The notes under the pieces are model-generated. The model was not told the DNA's origin, made no database searches, and was given only the letters and a program-made list of their open reading frames with translations. Positions 1-10,101 of a stretch of 34,976 nucleotides of DNA are shown here, piece by piece. The position numbers and the translations under genes are program-made. Origin of the DNA: Promethearchaeota archaeon (GTDB lineage Archaea > Asgardarchaeota > Lokiarchaeia > Sigyniarchaeales > SOKP01); contig JBHLPW010000051.1 in assembly GCA_048939015.1 (NCBI GenBank), positions 1 through 34,976 on the forward strand, written 5' to 3'. Numbering within the stretch: the stretch's first letter is position 1; every line of letters begins with the position of its first letter.

Positions 1-111
1 ATAAATCAGCTTAAATTGAGAAGATTTTTATTTTTATTACTTTGAATTAATAGTTTAATAACCTATATGTGAAATATTTAATACATAACTTATTAATTTT
101 TAAATAGTAGA

Positions 112-852
112 ATGAGTGAAAATAAAGTACTTCACGTTATTATTGATAACAGAGAGCAGAAATTAAAATCCCTGTTAGATAAGAAAAAAGACACTATAAC
201 ATATGAATCAAAACAATTAGATATTGCAGATATAGTTATTTCGAGTGAAGTTGCTATAGAGAGGAAAGAAGGATTTGATTTTGTATCATCAATAATGGAT
301 AATAGATTATTCGAACAATTACTTCGTCTAAAAGACACTTACCAATATCCGATTTTAATCTTAGAAGGTTTGAATGATGAGGTATTTGAAAATATAGGGA
401 TGAAAATTTCATCGATTTACGGTGCTCTTTCATTTATATCTTATAAATTAGGAATCTCAGTAATTCCCACCCGAAATTTGGAGGATACCGCAATAGTTAT
501 TGAGAGAATCGCTTATAGAGAACAAGTGAAGGATAGCATGCCTATTTTTTCAAGGAAGGCTCCCAAAGCGATGTCTAAAAAAGAGAGAAGATCTTTTATT
601 ATAGAAGGTTTAGCAGATATTGGTGCTAAGAAAGCAAGTACATTAATAGATAGGTTTAAAACCCCATATGAAGTATTTAGAGCTATTAAATATACTGAGA
701 TATTGTTTACTAAAACAGGAAACCCAAAAGGAATTCGAGGTCCACTTGAAGATCTTACTGGATTTGGCTGGAAATTTGTGGAGAAGAATCAGAAGCTTCT
801 ATTTGGTAAAAAGAAAAAGAGTCCTCAAAGAAAAATAAATGATAATTATTAA
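112..852 (+). CDS. xpf: Short-form XPF/ERCC4 structure-specific endonuclease (nuclease + HhH, no helicase domain)
   Basis: IIDNRE, LDIADI and the ERKxxxD motif (IERKEGFDF..SIMDNRLFEQL); HhH motifs GLADIGAKKA and LTGFGWK. Confidence 0.88.
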   Translation: MSENKVLHVIIDNREQKLKSLLDKKKDTITYESKQLDIADIVISSEVAIERKEGFDFVSSIMDNRLFEQLLRLKDTYQYPILILEGLNDEVFENIGMKISSIYGALSFISYKLGISVIPTRNLEDTAIVIERIAYREQVKDSMPIFSRKAPKAMSKKERRSFIIEGLADIGAKKASTLIDRFKTPYEVFRAIKYTEILFTKTGNPKGIRGPLEDLTGFGWKFVEKNQKLLFGKKKKSPQRKINDNY

Positions 853-937
853 TAGCTATTTTTAAACTCCATAAATTTTTTTTTCATTCTTTAATTTTAT
901 CCTTATATTTCTATCATAGTAGAGGAAATTAGGGGCA

Positions 938-1705
938 TTGATTATTTATCTCTCACTAGTTGCAATTTTTTTCTCAAGTATGGTTTATGGTATAATTGGA
1001 TTCGGTGACGCTCTTGTCTTGATCCCTATTATAACTCCAATAATTGGGATTAAAAATGCAGTAATACTAGTAAATATTTGGGGAACTTTCCCAGCTCTTT
1101 TAAATTTTATTAAATATCGAAAGTTCTTAGATAAAGGATACTTTTTCCGATTCCTTTCATTGGGTATCCCCTCTACAATTTTGGCAACCTATCTAATCAT
1201 TAATATTGAAACGGAATGGATTGAATTACTTCTGGGTATTTTTATTCTCATTTTTTCTTCTTTAAAGCTATTAAAATACTTTAAAAATCTCGATATTATG
1301 AAAATTGAAAAACAACTTAATACAACCTCACCCCTCATTTATTTTGGTGGATTATCTTATGGTTTACTAACGGGATTAATTAGTGCCGCTGGTCCAATTA
1401 ATGTTGCATTATTAGAAAAAACTGGTCATTATCGAGAAAGTTTTATAGAGAATTTTGGGGCAATCGGAACGATATTATCTTTTTCAAGAATTCCTTTTTA
1501 TTTCATTGGTAATGTCTTTCCATACGAGCTAATTTTGGTGTTTTTATTAGCATTTCCAATAATTTTCATTGGGACTAAACTTGGTCAGCACATTACTCCT
1601 AAAATCTCGGTAAGAAAATTCCAAATCATTGTATTTCTTTTTCTATTAGTAATAAGCATAAAATCTATCATCTTATCTACTATAACCTTAATTAGTCTAT
1701 TATAA
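938..1705 (+). CDS. TauE/SafE (sulfite exporter, TSUP) family membrane protein
   Basis: About 8 hydrophobic segments; N-terminal GIIGFGDALVLIP and internally repeated GLLTGLISAAGP; TTG start. Confidence 0.8.
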   Translation: MIIYLSLVAIFFSSMVYGIIGFGDALVLIPIITPIIGIKNAVILVNIWGTFPALLNFIKYRKFLDKGYFFRFLSLGIPSTILATYLIINIETEWIELLLGIFILIFSSLKLLKYFKNLDIMKIEKQLNTTSPLIYFGGLSYGLLTGLISAAGPINVALLEKTGHYRESFIENFGAIGTILSFSRIPFYFIGNVFPYELILVFLLAFPIIFIGTKLGQHITPKISVRKFQIIVFLFLLVISIKSIILSTITLISLL

Positions 1706-1841
1706 TTCTGGTGATAATTTTATAGAGAGATGGGTATTTGATTAAAATCATTGATGTCATCATCACTGAGTTTATTCACTTGATCTTAAATTTCCAAAAT
1801 AGATGATAAAGATAATTAATGATGAAATTTTTATTTTTTTG

Positions 1842-3143
1842 ATGGAAGAGCGTAAATTAAATGAAGTTGAATATTTAAATTGGCTAGTAGGTCAGCCATA
1901 CAATGTATCTATGGCGATTACTATTAGGGGAAAATTACAAAAAGAAATAATCCGCAATGCTTTAAATAAAATACAAGAAAAACATCCATTATTACAAGCT
2001 CAGCTGCATGTCGATGAAAATGAGGTTCCATACTTTATTTGGAGTGATATTGGTGTGATTCCAGTAGATTTTATTGCTAGAACCAGTGATGAACTTTATA
2101 AGAAAATTGTTGAAGAGGAATTTACTACTCCATTTGATACAGGAAAAAGTTGCCCACTCCCTTTAATGAGAGTTAAAATATTGTTTTCAGAGGATTTATT
2201 CGATTTAATTTTAACTTTGCAACATGTTATTGCTGATGGAATGTCAATGGTTTTTCTTTTCATGGATATTCTTAGTTTTATTATAGACCCCAATCAAAGA
2301 GTTAAACCATTAGATGTAGTTAAAAATTTAGAGAATGTTTTACCTAATAATTATCAAAAAAAAATCCCAAAAACTCAACGTAAGTTCAAAAGGACTTTTT
2401 GGTTTTTAAGAAGAATGATAAAAATTTATAGATTTAAGAATAAATTCAGGAAGAAAGGGTTAAAACAAAAGGTCTTAATATTTGATAATTTTGAAAGTAA
2501 ACAATTGATAACTTATTCTTGGATTTTAACAAAAGATCAATCCGAAAAAATAATTAAAAAGGGTAAGGAGTTCAAAATAACAGTACATAGCATAATTTGT
2601 TCATTATTCCTCTCAGATTTTCCAATTATTAATAATCCAGTTAATTTAAGAAATAGATTAGCATATGATGTTGGAAGATCAATTGGATGTTATGCTGGGG
2701 GTTTAGTAATTAATAAAAAATATAACGATAAGAAGACTTTTTGGCAAAATGCACAAGACTATCATAAAAAATTAAAAAAGGGTCTTCAAGACAAAAGTGT
2801 GTTCAGCATTTTTAAGCTTTTTTCAAGATCTGTTAAACGTAAAGCTTATGAAAAGTTTACACCAATCTTTTTAGAGTTAGCAAGTAGAAATCAACCTTTT
2901 GGAGTTACCAACCTAGGATCTTTAGATAGATTCAATATTTTACTAGCGTCGAAAAATTTTGTTATAGAAAATTTTTATGGTGGAGTTTCAGGAACGTTTG
3001 ATGCACTAGTTATTACAATATTTACAATTGAAAAGAAAATTCATTTTCATTTTCATTACTATAAACCTCCTCATACTACGGATGAAATTGAAAATTATGT
3101 CTCTAAGGCAATGAATAGATTAGAAGAAGCATTAAACGCATAA
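1842..3143 (+). CDS. Condensation-domain/alcohol acetyltransferase (PapA5/Atf-like) CoA-dependent acyltransferase
   Basis: KHPLL, PFD, catalytic HxxxDG (QHVIADGMS), PVNLR, TNLG; ATG at 1842 (MEERKLNEVE) preferred over 1803. Confidence 0.8.
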   Translation: MEERKLNEVEYLNWLVGQPYNVSMAITIRGKLQKEIIRNALNKIQEKHPLLQAQLHVDENEVPYFIWSDIGVIPVDFIARTSDELYKKIVEEEFTTPFDTGKSCPLPLMRVKILFSEDLFDLILTLQHVIADGMSMVFLFMDILSFIIDPNQRVKPLDVVKNLENVLPNNYQKKIPKTQRKFKRTFWFLRRMIKIYRFKNKFRKKGLKQKVLIFDNFESKQLITYSWILTKDQSEKIIKKGKEFKITVHSIICSLFLSDFPIINNPVNLRNRLAYDVGRSIGCYAGGLVINKKYNDKKTFWQNAQDYHKKLKKGLQDKSVFSIFKLFSRSVKRKAYEKFTPIFLELASRNQPFGVTNLGSLDRFNILLASKNFVIENFYGGVSGTFDALVITIFTIEKKIHFHFHYYKPPHTTDEIENYVSKAMNRLEEALNA

Positions 3144-3169
3144 AAAAACCATACTTTATAAGAAATAAA

Positions 3170-3274
3170 GATCCAAAAATAATAATTATTATTGCCCTTG
3201 TTTCTGTTGTTGGAGGTGTCGCTATAATAGCGGGGGTCGATATTTTTATGAAAAGAAGAGTAGCACCAGAATAA
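3170..3274 (+). pseudogene. Start-less remnant encoding a C-terminal membrane anchor (DPKIIIIIALVSVVGGVAIIAGVDIFMKRRVAPE*)
   Basis: Frame open 3119-3274 with no ATG/GTG/TTG before the helix; hydrophobic helix, basic tail, stop, then a T-tract. Confidence 0.55.
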
Positions 3275-3389
3275 TTTAAATAATAAATCCTTTCTTTTTT
3301 TAGAGAGATTTACTGGAATACATATCTTTCAAAAACTTTTAAATATTTTTGAAAATAATTTTTCAATATTAGAAATTCAAGTGAATCAT

Positions 3390-3830
3390 ATGGAAAATCT
3401 AAAAATTGGACATTTTTTAATGAATTTTATGGGATTTTATATTTTAGCTATAAGTATATTGTGGATATTTGTAACCGAGATCATGTTTGTGAGTGATTTT
3501 CTTTGGTATACCGGCGAATCTTATGCTAGTTATTTAGCCACTAATCCTACATACGCGGAGATTTATATAATAACGAAAAAGTTAATCGGATTTGTATTAT
3601 TAGCTAATGGGATACTGGTTCTTTTTATAAACAATAAGAGTTATAAAATTGGAGAAAAGTGGGCATGGTATGCTCTTTTGATTTCAGGTTCTATCACTTG
3701 GGGATTGTTCATAATTTACAAGATTTATATTGGTTATTATGGCGGAAGTATGATTACTTTTATAGTTGGATTAGGATTGTTAGTCACAGGATTAGCTTTT
3801 CCAGTAAAAGAAATTTTGGGTAAAAAATAA
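3390..3830 (+). CDS. Small 4-TM hypothetical membrane protein
   Basis: Four hydrophobic helices with GEKWAWY loop; start either GTG 3381 or ATG 3390. Confidence 0.7.
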   Translation: MENLKIGHFLMNFMGFYILAISILWIFVTEIMFVSDFLWYTGESYASYLATNPTYAEIYIITKKLIGFVLLANGILVLFINNKSYKIGEKWAWYALLISGSITWGLFIIYKIYIGYYGGSMITFIVGLGLLVTGLAFPVKEILGKK

Positions 3831-3940
3831 TATAAATTTCTTCTTTTTATTTTTAGAAATTTTTAATAATAAATTCTATATAAGAATTCTCTATAATAAT
3901 CAAAATAATAATTGAAATAGATTCCTATTGGTAATTAAAA

Positions 3941-5131
3941 ATGATTGATATTAACAATATCAGAAATATTTGTGTAGTTGGAGCAGGGATCATGGGACAT
4001 GGAATTGCTCAAGTGTCTCTTATGGCTGGCTTTAATGTCGTCTTAATTGATTTAAAGGAAGAACTCGTAGATAATGGGTTCAAGAAAATTGAGGAAGGCT
4101 TTGAAAAAATTAAAACTAAAGGAAATTTGGGAGAAAATGTCTCTATTGAGGATCTTTTAAGAAATTGTACAAAATCAACTAATTTGGCTTCTTCTGTTAA
4201 GGATGCTGATTTTGTATTTGAAGCTGTAGTGGAGAAAATGGAAATAAAAAAAGAAGTGTGTAATATGGTAATGCTAAATTCACCTTCTCATTGTGTTTTT
4301 GCATCAAATACATCAACATTTAGAATAACTGAAATTGCGGAAGATTCAAAAAGACCAGAACAGGTTATTGGAATGCATTTTTTCCCACCAGTTGCTAACC
4401 AATGCTGTGTTGAAGTAATGAAAGGGGAGAAGACTTCTGATGAAGTATTAGATATGTGCGTAGTACTTGGTGAAAAATTACCTTGTGTTAAAGGAAAAAG
4501 ACTTTCAGTACGAATTGAAAAGGAAAGTCCCGGATTTATAGCAAATAGATTATTAATTCCTTCATTTCTTTATTCAAACTGGGTTTTTGACCAAGCATAT
4601 GAAAAGAACATTCCATGGGAACAAATTGATGCTGATGCTGGAGCAGGACAGTTAGTCTCAATGGGTCCATGTCAACTAAATGATTATCTAGGATTAGATG
4701 TTGGTTATAATAGTCTTAAGAGTTATGAAAAATATATTTCCCCGGATTTTGCTCCAGGCAAAGTGTTTACTAAACTAGTACAGGAAGGAAATTTTGGAAA
4801 AAAGACGGGAAAAGGTTTTTATGATTGGAGCAAAGGAACTCCAAAAATTAATTTAAGTAAAAAAGCAGGTTTATTTAACCCGGAAATTCTTTTAGCAATC
4901 CAATTAAATGAAGGTTGTAAGCTTTTAGAAGAAGAAATCGTTTCTGGTTATAAAATTATTGATGATGTTATGTTAAAGGGAACTAATATGCCGGGTCCAT
5001 TTAGTGCAGGAAGACTAAATTTCGAAAAGTGGTCTAAATTATTAGAAAATATTGCTGAAAAGACAGGAAAGAATTATCTTAAACCCTGTAACCTTATGAA
5101 ATCTGGTGATTTCGTTAAAATGAGACGGTAA
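3941..5131 (+). CDS. 3-hydroxyacyl-CoA dehydrogenase (NAD-binding domain + two C-terminal domains)
   Basis: VVGAGIMGHGIAQ Rossmann motif, EAVVE, ASNTST, GMHFF..E dyad, PGFIANR, GKKTGKGFYDW. Confidence 0.93.
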   Translation: MIDINNIRNICVVGAGIMGHGIAQVSLMAGFNVVLIDLKEELVDNGFKKIEEGFEKIKTKGNLGENVSIEDLLRNCTKSTNLASSVKDADFVFEAVVEKMEIKKEVCNMVMLNSPSHCVFASNTSTFRITEIAEDSKRPEQVIGMHFFPPVANQCCVEVMKGEKTSDEVLDMCVVLGEKLPCVKGKRLSVRIEKESPGFIANRLLIPSFLYSNWVFDQAYEKNIPWEQIDADAGAGQLVSMGPCQLNDYLGLDVGYNSLKSYEKYISPDFAPGKVFTKLVQEGNFGKKTGKGFYDWSKGTPKINLSKKAGLFNPEILLAIQLNEGCKLLEEEIVSGYKIIDDVMLKGTNMPGPFSAGRLNFEKWSKLLENIAEKTGKNYLKPCNLMKSGDFVKMRR

Positions 5132-5194
5132 TTCTATTGTAAGTTACAAATATGATAAATACTTAATTTTCAAAAATAAAAATAAAAAAAAGGA

Positions 5195-6466
5195 TTATAA
5201 TAATCCAGTATATCTCTGAATTTGAGATTGGACTAAAAGAAGTTGGATATTTCTTGACCCGCCAATTACTTCTTCAATTTTACTTATATCACATAGCTCA
5301 TCGACAGGAGTGTTATCAGTAATTGATATACCTCCCATATGTTGTTGAATCTCATAGCAAACTTCGTGTGTGAGTTTAGCTAAGTAATATTTGCCTTGAG
5401 AAGAAATAGACGCAACCCATTTTTCTGCTTCTTTAGATGATTTTTCTGTAAATAGAATTTTATCATCATATACTGTTGCAGCTTGTAGAGCTAAGGCTGT
5501 AGCTGCATTAGTTTTTGTCAATAAATCTGCTAATCCATATCCAACACCCTGATATCTAATTACTGGTTTACCAAATTGTTTTCTTAAGTTGGTATAAATA
5601 ATTCCATAAATTAGACCAGACCAACAAATACCTACGCCACTACCCATTATAGAGAGTCTTTCAGGAACTAAACCTTCAAAAAGTCTTTTATATCCAAGCC
5701 CATCATCTGCTAATACATAATCTTTAGGTACTAAGACATTATCTAATATTGTATGTGATATTTGAACACGAGGCACAGAATTAATTTTTAATCGTTCAGT
5801 CTTTACACCAAATTCACGAGCAATAATAGCTTGAACCATTGTATCTCTCGGATTCCCTTCATCATATACACCATAACATGCAAAATAATCAGCTACCGCA
5901 CCATTAGTAGTAAAAACTTTTTCTCCGTTAAAGATAACCCCATCATCGGTTTTCGTACATTTTGTTGTCAAGTTAACAGCATCAGAACCTCTTTCAGGCT
6001 CAGTAATGCCAATACAACCAATCTTTTCTCCAGATAATAGCTCATCTTGTAATTTTTGTGGTATTTCAGACTCACCTCCATGAACATAATAATGAAATGT
6101 AGGGTTACCACATAAAATTCCTGTTGCAACACGAGCTAATTCTAATTGTGCATCTAAAAGTGAAATGTGTGTACCTAATAATATCTCCTTTTTCATTCCA
6201 AATGGTTTAAACTCTCTCCAAGGGTTAATTCGTTGTATATAACCACGCTTTCCGAGTTCTGGAAGTAATCCATAAACATCTTTAGATCTGTCGATTTTTG
6301 GATGTAAATCTAAGCAGAATTCTTGAAGTTCTTTGCAATATTCTTGTTCTTCATTATTTAGCATTGGAAAAACATTGTCATTAAATATTTTGAAGACATT
6401 TTCCAATGACATCTTTTCGAGAATTTGATCATTAATAATTTTCTCTTGAAACATTTTCTTTTGCAC
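5195..6466 (-). CDS. Acyl-CoA dehydrogenase
   Basis: GITEPERGSDA, NGEKVFTTNG, RKQFGKP, QHMGG; GTG start uncertain (alternative ATGs downstream). Confidence 0.92.
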   Translation of the reverse strand: MQKKMFQEKIINDQILEKMSLENVFKIFNDNVFPMLNNEEQEYCKELQEFCLDLHPKIDRSKDVYGLLPELGKRGYIQRINPWREFKPFGMKKEILLGTHISLLDAQLELARVATGILCGNPTFHYYVHGGESEIPQKLQDELLSGEKIGCIGITEPERGSDAVNLTTKCTKTDDGVIFNGEKVFTTNGAVADYFACYGVYDEGNPRDTMVQAIIAREFGVKTERLKINSVPRVQISHTILDNVLVPKDYVLADDGLGYKRLFEGLVPERLSIMGSGVGICWSGLIYGIIYTNLRKQFGKPVIRYQGVGYGLADLLTKTNAATALALQAATVYDDKILFTEKSSKEAEKWVASISSQGKYYLAKLTHEVCYEIQQHMGGISITDNTPVDELCDISKIEEVIGGSRNIQLLLVQSQIQRYTGLL

Positions 6467-6585
6467 TAAAATATTTGATTTAAATTCTTTTATAAAGAAT
6501 ATTAATATTTAGACTAAATTTTTTATTACAATTAAACTTTCAATTAAATTATCTTAATGTGAAATAAAGATTAGAGTAGATACTT

Positions 6586-7266
6586 ATGGTATTTGATGTG
6601 TATAAAGATTTATTTCTGAATCAAAAAGTAGAGCCAATTAAAGACATTATGGGAAAGATTACTCGAGGAAAAAAGCCTAAAGATTTTGACACCTTGACTC
6701 ATGATCCTACAAGAAAAATAGTAATGATAATGGGCCCTGATGGTCTTGAACATATTTTAGGTAAATCAGGATTGGAAACATTAGTTGAGATTGGATATAC
6801 TCAAGATCATATTCACCATCTAATAGATCAAGGATTTCAGTTTAAATTAGTAATTTTTTTACCTTCAAAATCTTGTTTATTAGCAACATGGGAGAATGCG
6901 GCTAAACTTGCTTCTGAAGTTTATCCTAAAGTAAAAAAAAAGATTTATAGCAAATTAGATGAATTAAAAAGAATTCCATTTGAACAAATAGAGAAAGATT
7001 CAGCCCTGATCTGGGGTGAAATTGATAAAAGTGGAGAATCGGATCCGAATTTCATGACTTATAAAAGGTTCAAACAATCAAGGGGAACATTAATAGAAGT
7101 AAGAGCTTTCTTTTATTACACACTTCATTTTAGAGAATTATTTTCAGGTGATGGATATATATATAACCAAAAAGGAGAAAAACGATCTAAAGAATATATT
7201 TGTTTGAATCAAAAACTCAAGAAATTTAAAGATTATAGATTGGTTGATATAGAAGTATCATTATGA
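6586..7266 (+). CDS. Hypothetical soluble protein (226 aa)
   Basis: Long ORF with globular composition, between two minus-strand genes; no family recognised with confidence. Confidence 0.75.
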   Translation: MVFDVYKDLFLNQKVEPIKDIMGKITRGKKPKDFDTLTHDPTRKIVMIMGPDGLEHILGKSGLETLVEIGYTQDHIHHLIDQGFQFKLVIFLPSKSCLLATWENAAKLASEVYPKVKKKIYSKLDELKRIPFEQIEKDSALIWGEIDKSGESDPNFMTYKRFKQSRGTLIEVRAFFYYTLHFRELFSGDGYIYNQKGEKRSKEYICLNQKLKKFKDYRLVDIEVSL

Positions 7267-7283
7267 TGAATGTATTCTAAGAA

Positions 7284-9041
7284 TTACTTATAATTTTGAC
7301 CTACATATTCCATTACTTTATTAATTTCATCTAAATGAGTTTGTACGTTGCCAAAAATATAGAACCTTACATCAGGTCCAGTTCCACTTGGTCTAAAATA
7401 AAGAGTTGAGTCATCACTTTTTAATTGATAAATGTCGATCATATTATTATTATCTGATAAAGCTTGTACCTTGTATTCTTTTTTGTCAATTGAGAGGGTT
7501 TTATTATGATGTTTTTCAAAGTTTTTCATAATTTTTATCTTATCTTCATCAATTGCATGTATTGTTCGGTTTATACCTTTAATTGACCAGTCGATTGATT
7601 CAGAAATCACATAACCTCTAGAAATAAGTTCAGTTATGAGTACTAATGCAGGAACTGGATACTTATCGGCAATTACCGTGAATTCAGTACTAAAATCATA
7701 ATCACCAGTTCCATTATTTTTAGAAACATCCAATACACTGAGTGTATGTCCTCCACTCTCCTCCCAATAAACCATTAAGAAAGATTCGCTTTGAAGATTT
7801 TGATTTTCCATTAATTTTATTATTTGCTGCTTGAGAGGTTCAGGTTTATTAATTTTGATGAGATTTTTTTGTTCATCTTCATAATATAAGATTGCTGTGT
7901 CTACTTTTGATTGATCTACATCAATTCCAAGCAAAAAATACATAATTACTCCAAGGTGTTTATATCCAACCCCTGTTAATATGTTTAAAAATGCAGTGTG
8001 ATCTCCTCTTAGATCACTTGGAATTGTTCTTACATTTATGATTCTTTTATTAAACTCCTTGGCTAATATGTTATGCATTGCTGAATAGATTTCATTTGGT
8101 ATATATGTATAATACTCCCCACTCTGTTTAATATATAATACGATTCGATCTCTATCAGCATCTAATAATAATGCAATATTAGAATCAGCTTGCTTCATTA
8201 TAGTTTGCAATTTTTCTTCATGGATATTTTTCAATGGATTAGGAGGATTAAGTTCTTCGTCAACAAGTATAACATTAGCGCCATAATACTTAAATAGATT
8301 TACAATTCCTCGAGCTTTGCCTAAATATGGCCAAATTACAATATTCTCGCCCATAATATTCTTTATTTCAAATACTTTTGATAAAAGATTAATAACATAT
8401 TCATTATTTTTTTGTTCTGCTTCTATTGTTATAGGGGAAAAATCTAATTTAAAATATATTTCATTTACCTCAAGTGCTTTTTTCGAAATATCCTTTAAAA
8501 GATCTCCTGACAACGGAATAGCATAATCTATATATAGTTTTATACCATTCCAAGATAAATCGTTATGGCTTGCAGTTAAAACAATGACTAATTTTATATC
8601 AACATATAATGCAACGGATGCTGCCCCATATGGAGAAGAAATCTTTGATTCTCCCGGACTATCGACTTGATAATATACATCAAATCCTTCATACGCGAAA
8701 ATTTCAGAACAATATTGTAATAATATATCTTTGCTTGGACGATTATCTGTAAAAATTAGAATTTTTAAATTTTTATTATTTTTAATTTCTTTATACTTTT
8801 GACTGATTGCTTTGAACATTCTTAGAAATAGAAAGAGTTTACTTTTGGTTAAAATATATTTCTCTTGTTCACTTGGTATTTTTATATCTAAAATCTGAAT
8901 ACGTAATCCTGAAGTAGGAGCAACAATAGGATCAATAATACTTTTCTCTTCCTCTGTTAATTTTGGCAGTCTTAATATTTTAATTCCATCACGTTGTTCA
9001 AATTCAATACTTTCAACTTCAAAATCAATCAAGTAACCCAC
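7284..9041 (-). CDS. Alpha-D-phosphohexomutase (phosphoglucomutase/phosphomannomutase) family protein
   Basis: Phosphoserine loop TASHN, metal loop DADRDR, EESGG, phosphate loop RPSGT. Confidence 0.9.
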   Translation of the reverse strand: MGYLIDFEVESIEFEQRDGIKILRLPKLTEEEKSIIDPIVAPTSGLRIQILDIKIPSEQEKYILTKSKLFLFLRMFKAISQKYKEIKNNKNLKILIFTDNRPSKDILLQYCSEIFAYEGFDVYYQVDSPGESKISSPYGAASVALYVDIKLVIVLTASHNDLSWNGIKLYIDYAIPLSGDLLKDISKKALEVNEIYFKLDFSPITIEAEQKNNEYVINLLSKVFEIKNIMGENIVIWPYLGKARGIVNLFKYYGANVILVDEELNPPNPLKNIHEEKLQTIMKQADSNIALLLDADRDRIVLYIKQSGEYYTYIPNEIYSAMHNILAKEFNKRIINVRTIPSDLRGDHTAFLNILTGVGYKHLGVIMYFLLGIDVDQSKVDTAILYYEDEQKNLIKINKPEPLKQQIIKLMENQNLQSESFLMVYWEESGGHTLSVLDVSKNNGTGDYDFSTEFTVIADKYPVPALVLITELISRGYVISESIDWSIKGINRTIHAIDEDKIKIMKNFEKHHNKTLSIDKKEYKVQALSDNNNMIDIYQLKSDDSTLYFRPSGTGPDVRFYIFGNVQTHLDEINKVMEYVGQNYK

Positions 9042-9070
9042 CTACGATAATTGTTTTTAGTAATACTAAT

Positions 9071-9940
9071 TTAAGAAAAATTTTTTATTGCCTCTTTCAA
9101 GATTGCTAATATCTTTTCACGATACATTGGTTCAACTGCAATCATTCCATGAGTTTTTATAACACGACTTTCACTAGAAAGGATTTTTTCACAAAACTCT
9201 GGAGTAAGTCGACTTGGTAAATCTTGTTTATTTGCAATCCCTATAACTAATTTATCTTGATAAAATTTGTCCAAAATATCATGTATTATTTCCTTAGAAT
9301 TATTAATATTCTCAAAAGTTGAATCTGTAACCAATAGAGTAATATCTGTCCCTTGTAGAAGGCTTTTCCATAATGATCTGAATTGTGATTGCCCTGCAAA
9401 GTCCCAAAGGGTTATAGATCTCTCAAATTCATCACCATCATAAGCAGCGATATCCGCTGTAATGGTAGGAACATACTCCAGATTAACATCTTTTCCACAT
9501 ATTAAACGAGTTAATGTGGTTTTCCCCACACCTCCAAATCCTATAATTGAAACTTTAATAGCTCCCAAAATTATGTTATCCAATTCATGTTCAAATTCGG
9601 TAAAAATGCTACGATTTCCTGCCCAACTCTCATCCTCAAGAATTTTTCCGTATTTATCAAGAAATTTAGTTCTTATACTTAAGATCTTAGAGTTTACAGT
9701 AGCATCATCATCATCTAAATCACTAGCTACTACAATGATAATAGGATCAATAATTGTATAAAAATATTTGAAATCTTCAGTTTGTGTGCTCTTAATGTCA
9801 CTTTGGCTGATTTCTTTCATAAATCCCGAAAAAGCACTTAAAAATCCCGCTAATAAATCTCTATCGACATCAGAGCTACCATAATTTCTAAATAATAATG
9901 ATTTCCCATCTCTCGTTAGTACATTTATGTACTGAATCAT
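9071..9940 (-). CDS. Longin-domain / small GTPase (Arf/Rab-like) fusion protein
   Basis: N-terminal ~120 aa longin-like (GKSLLFRNY, LLAGFLSAFSGF, FLDKY); G1 GFGGVGKTT, G2 YVPT, G3 WDFAGQ, G4 NKQD. Confidence 0.85.
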   Translation of the reverse strand: MIQYINVLTRDGKSLLFRNYGSSDVDRDLLAGFLSAFSGFMKEISQSDIKSTQTEDFKYFYTIIDPIIIVVASDLDDDDATVNSKILSIRTKFLDKYGKILEDESWAGNRSIFTEFEHELDNIILGAIKVSIIGFGGVGKTTLTRLICGKDVNLEYVPTITADIAAYDGDEFERSITLWDFAGQSQFRSLWKSLLQGTDITLLVTDSTFENINNSKEIIHDILDKFYQDKLVIGIANKQDLPSRLTPEFCEKILSSESRVIKTHGMIAVEPMYREKILAILKEAIKNFS

Positions 9941-10101
9941 TGATATAAATTTTTTTTTCTACTTTCTTCTTATAGTATTTTGTATTGAATGAATTGTTAA
10001 GAAGTTTTTTATAAGAGCATAATAATTAATTAAATAAGTATTTTTTATGAGGATTAATAAGAAGAAGATCTAATTATAATCATATTAAAAGGGGAAAAAT
10101 T

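Noticed and set aside
1719-1800. Short protein-like minus-strand frame (VNKLSDDDINDFNQIPISL*)
   Set aside because: Too short, and preceded by an in-frame stop; no homology evidence
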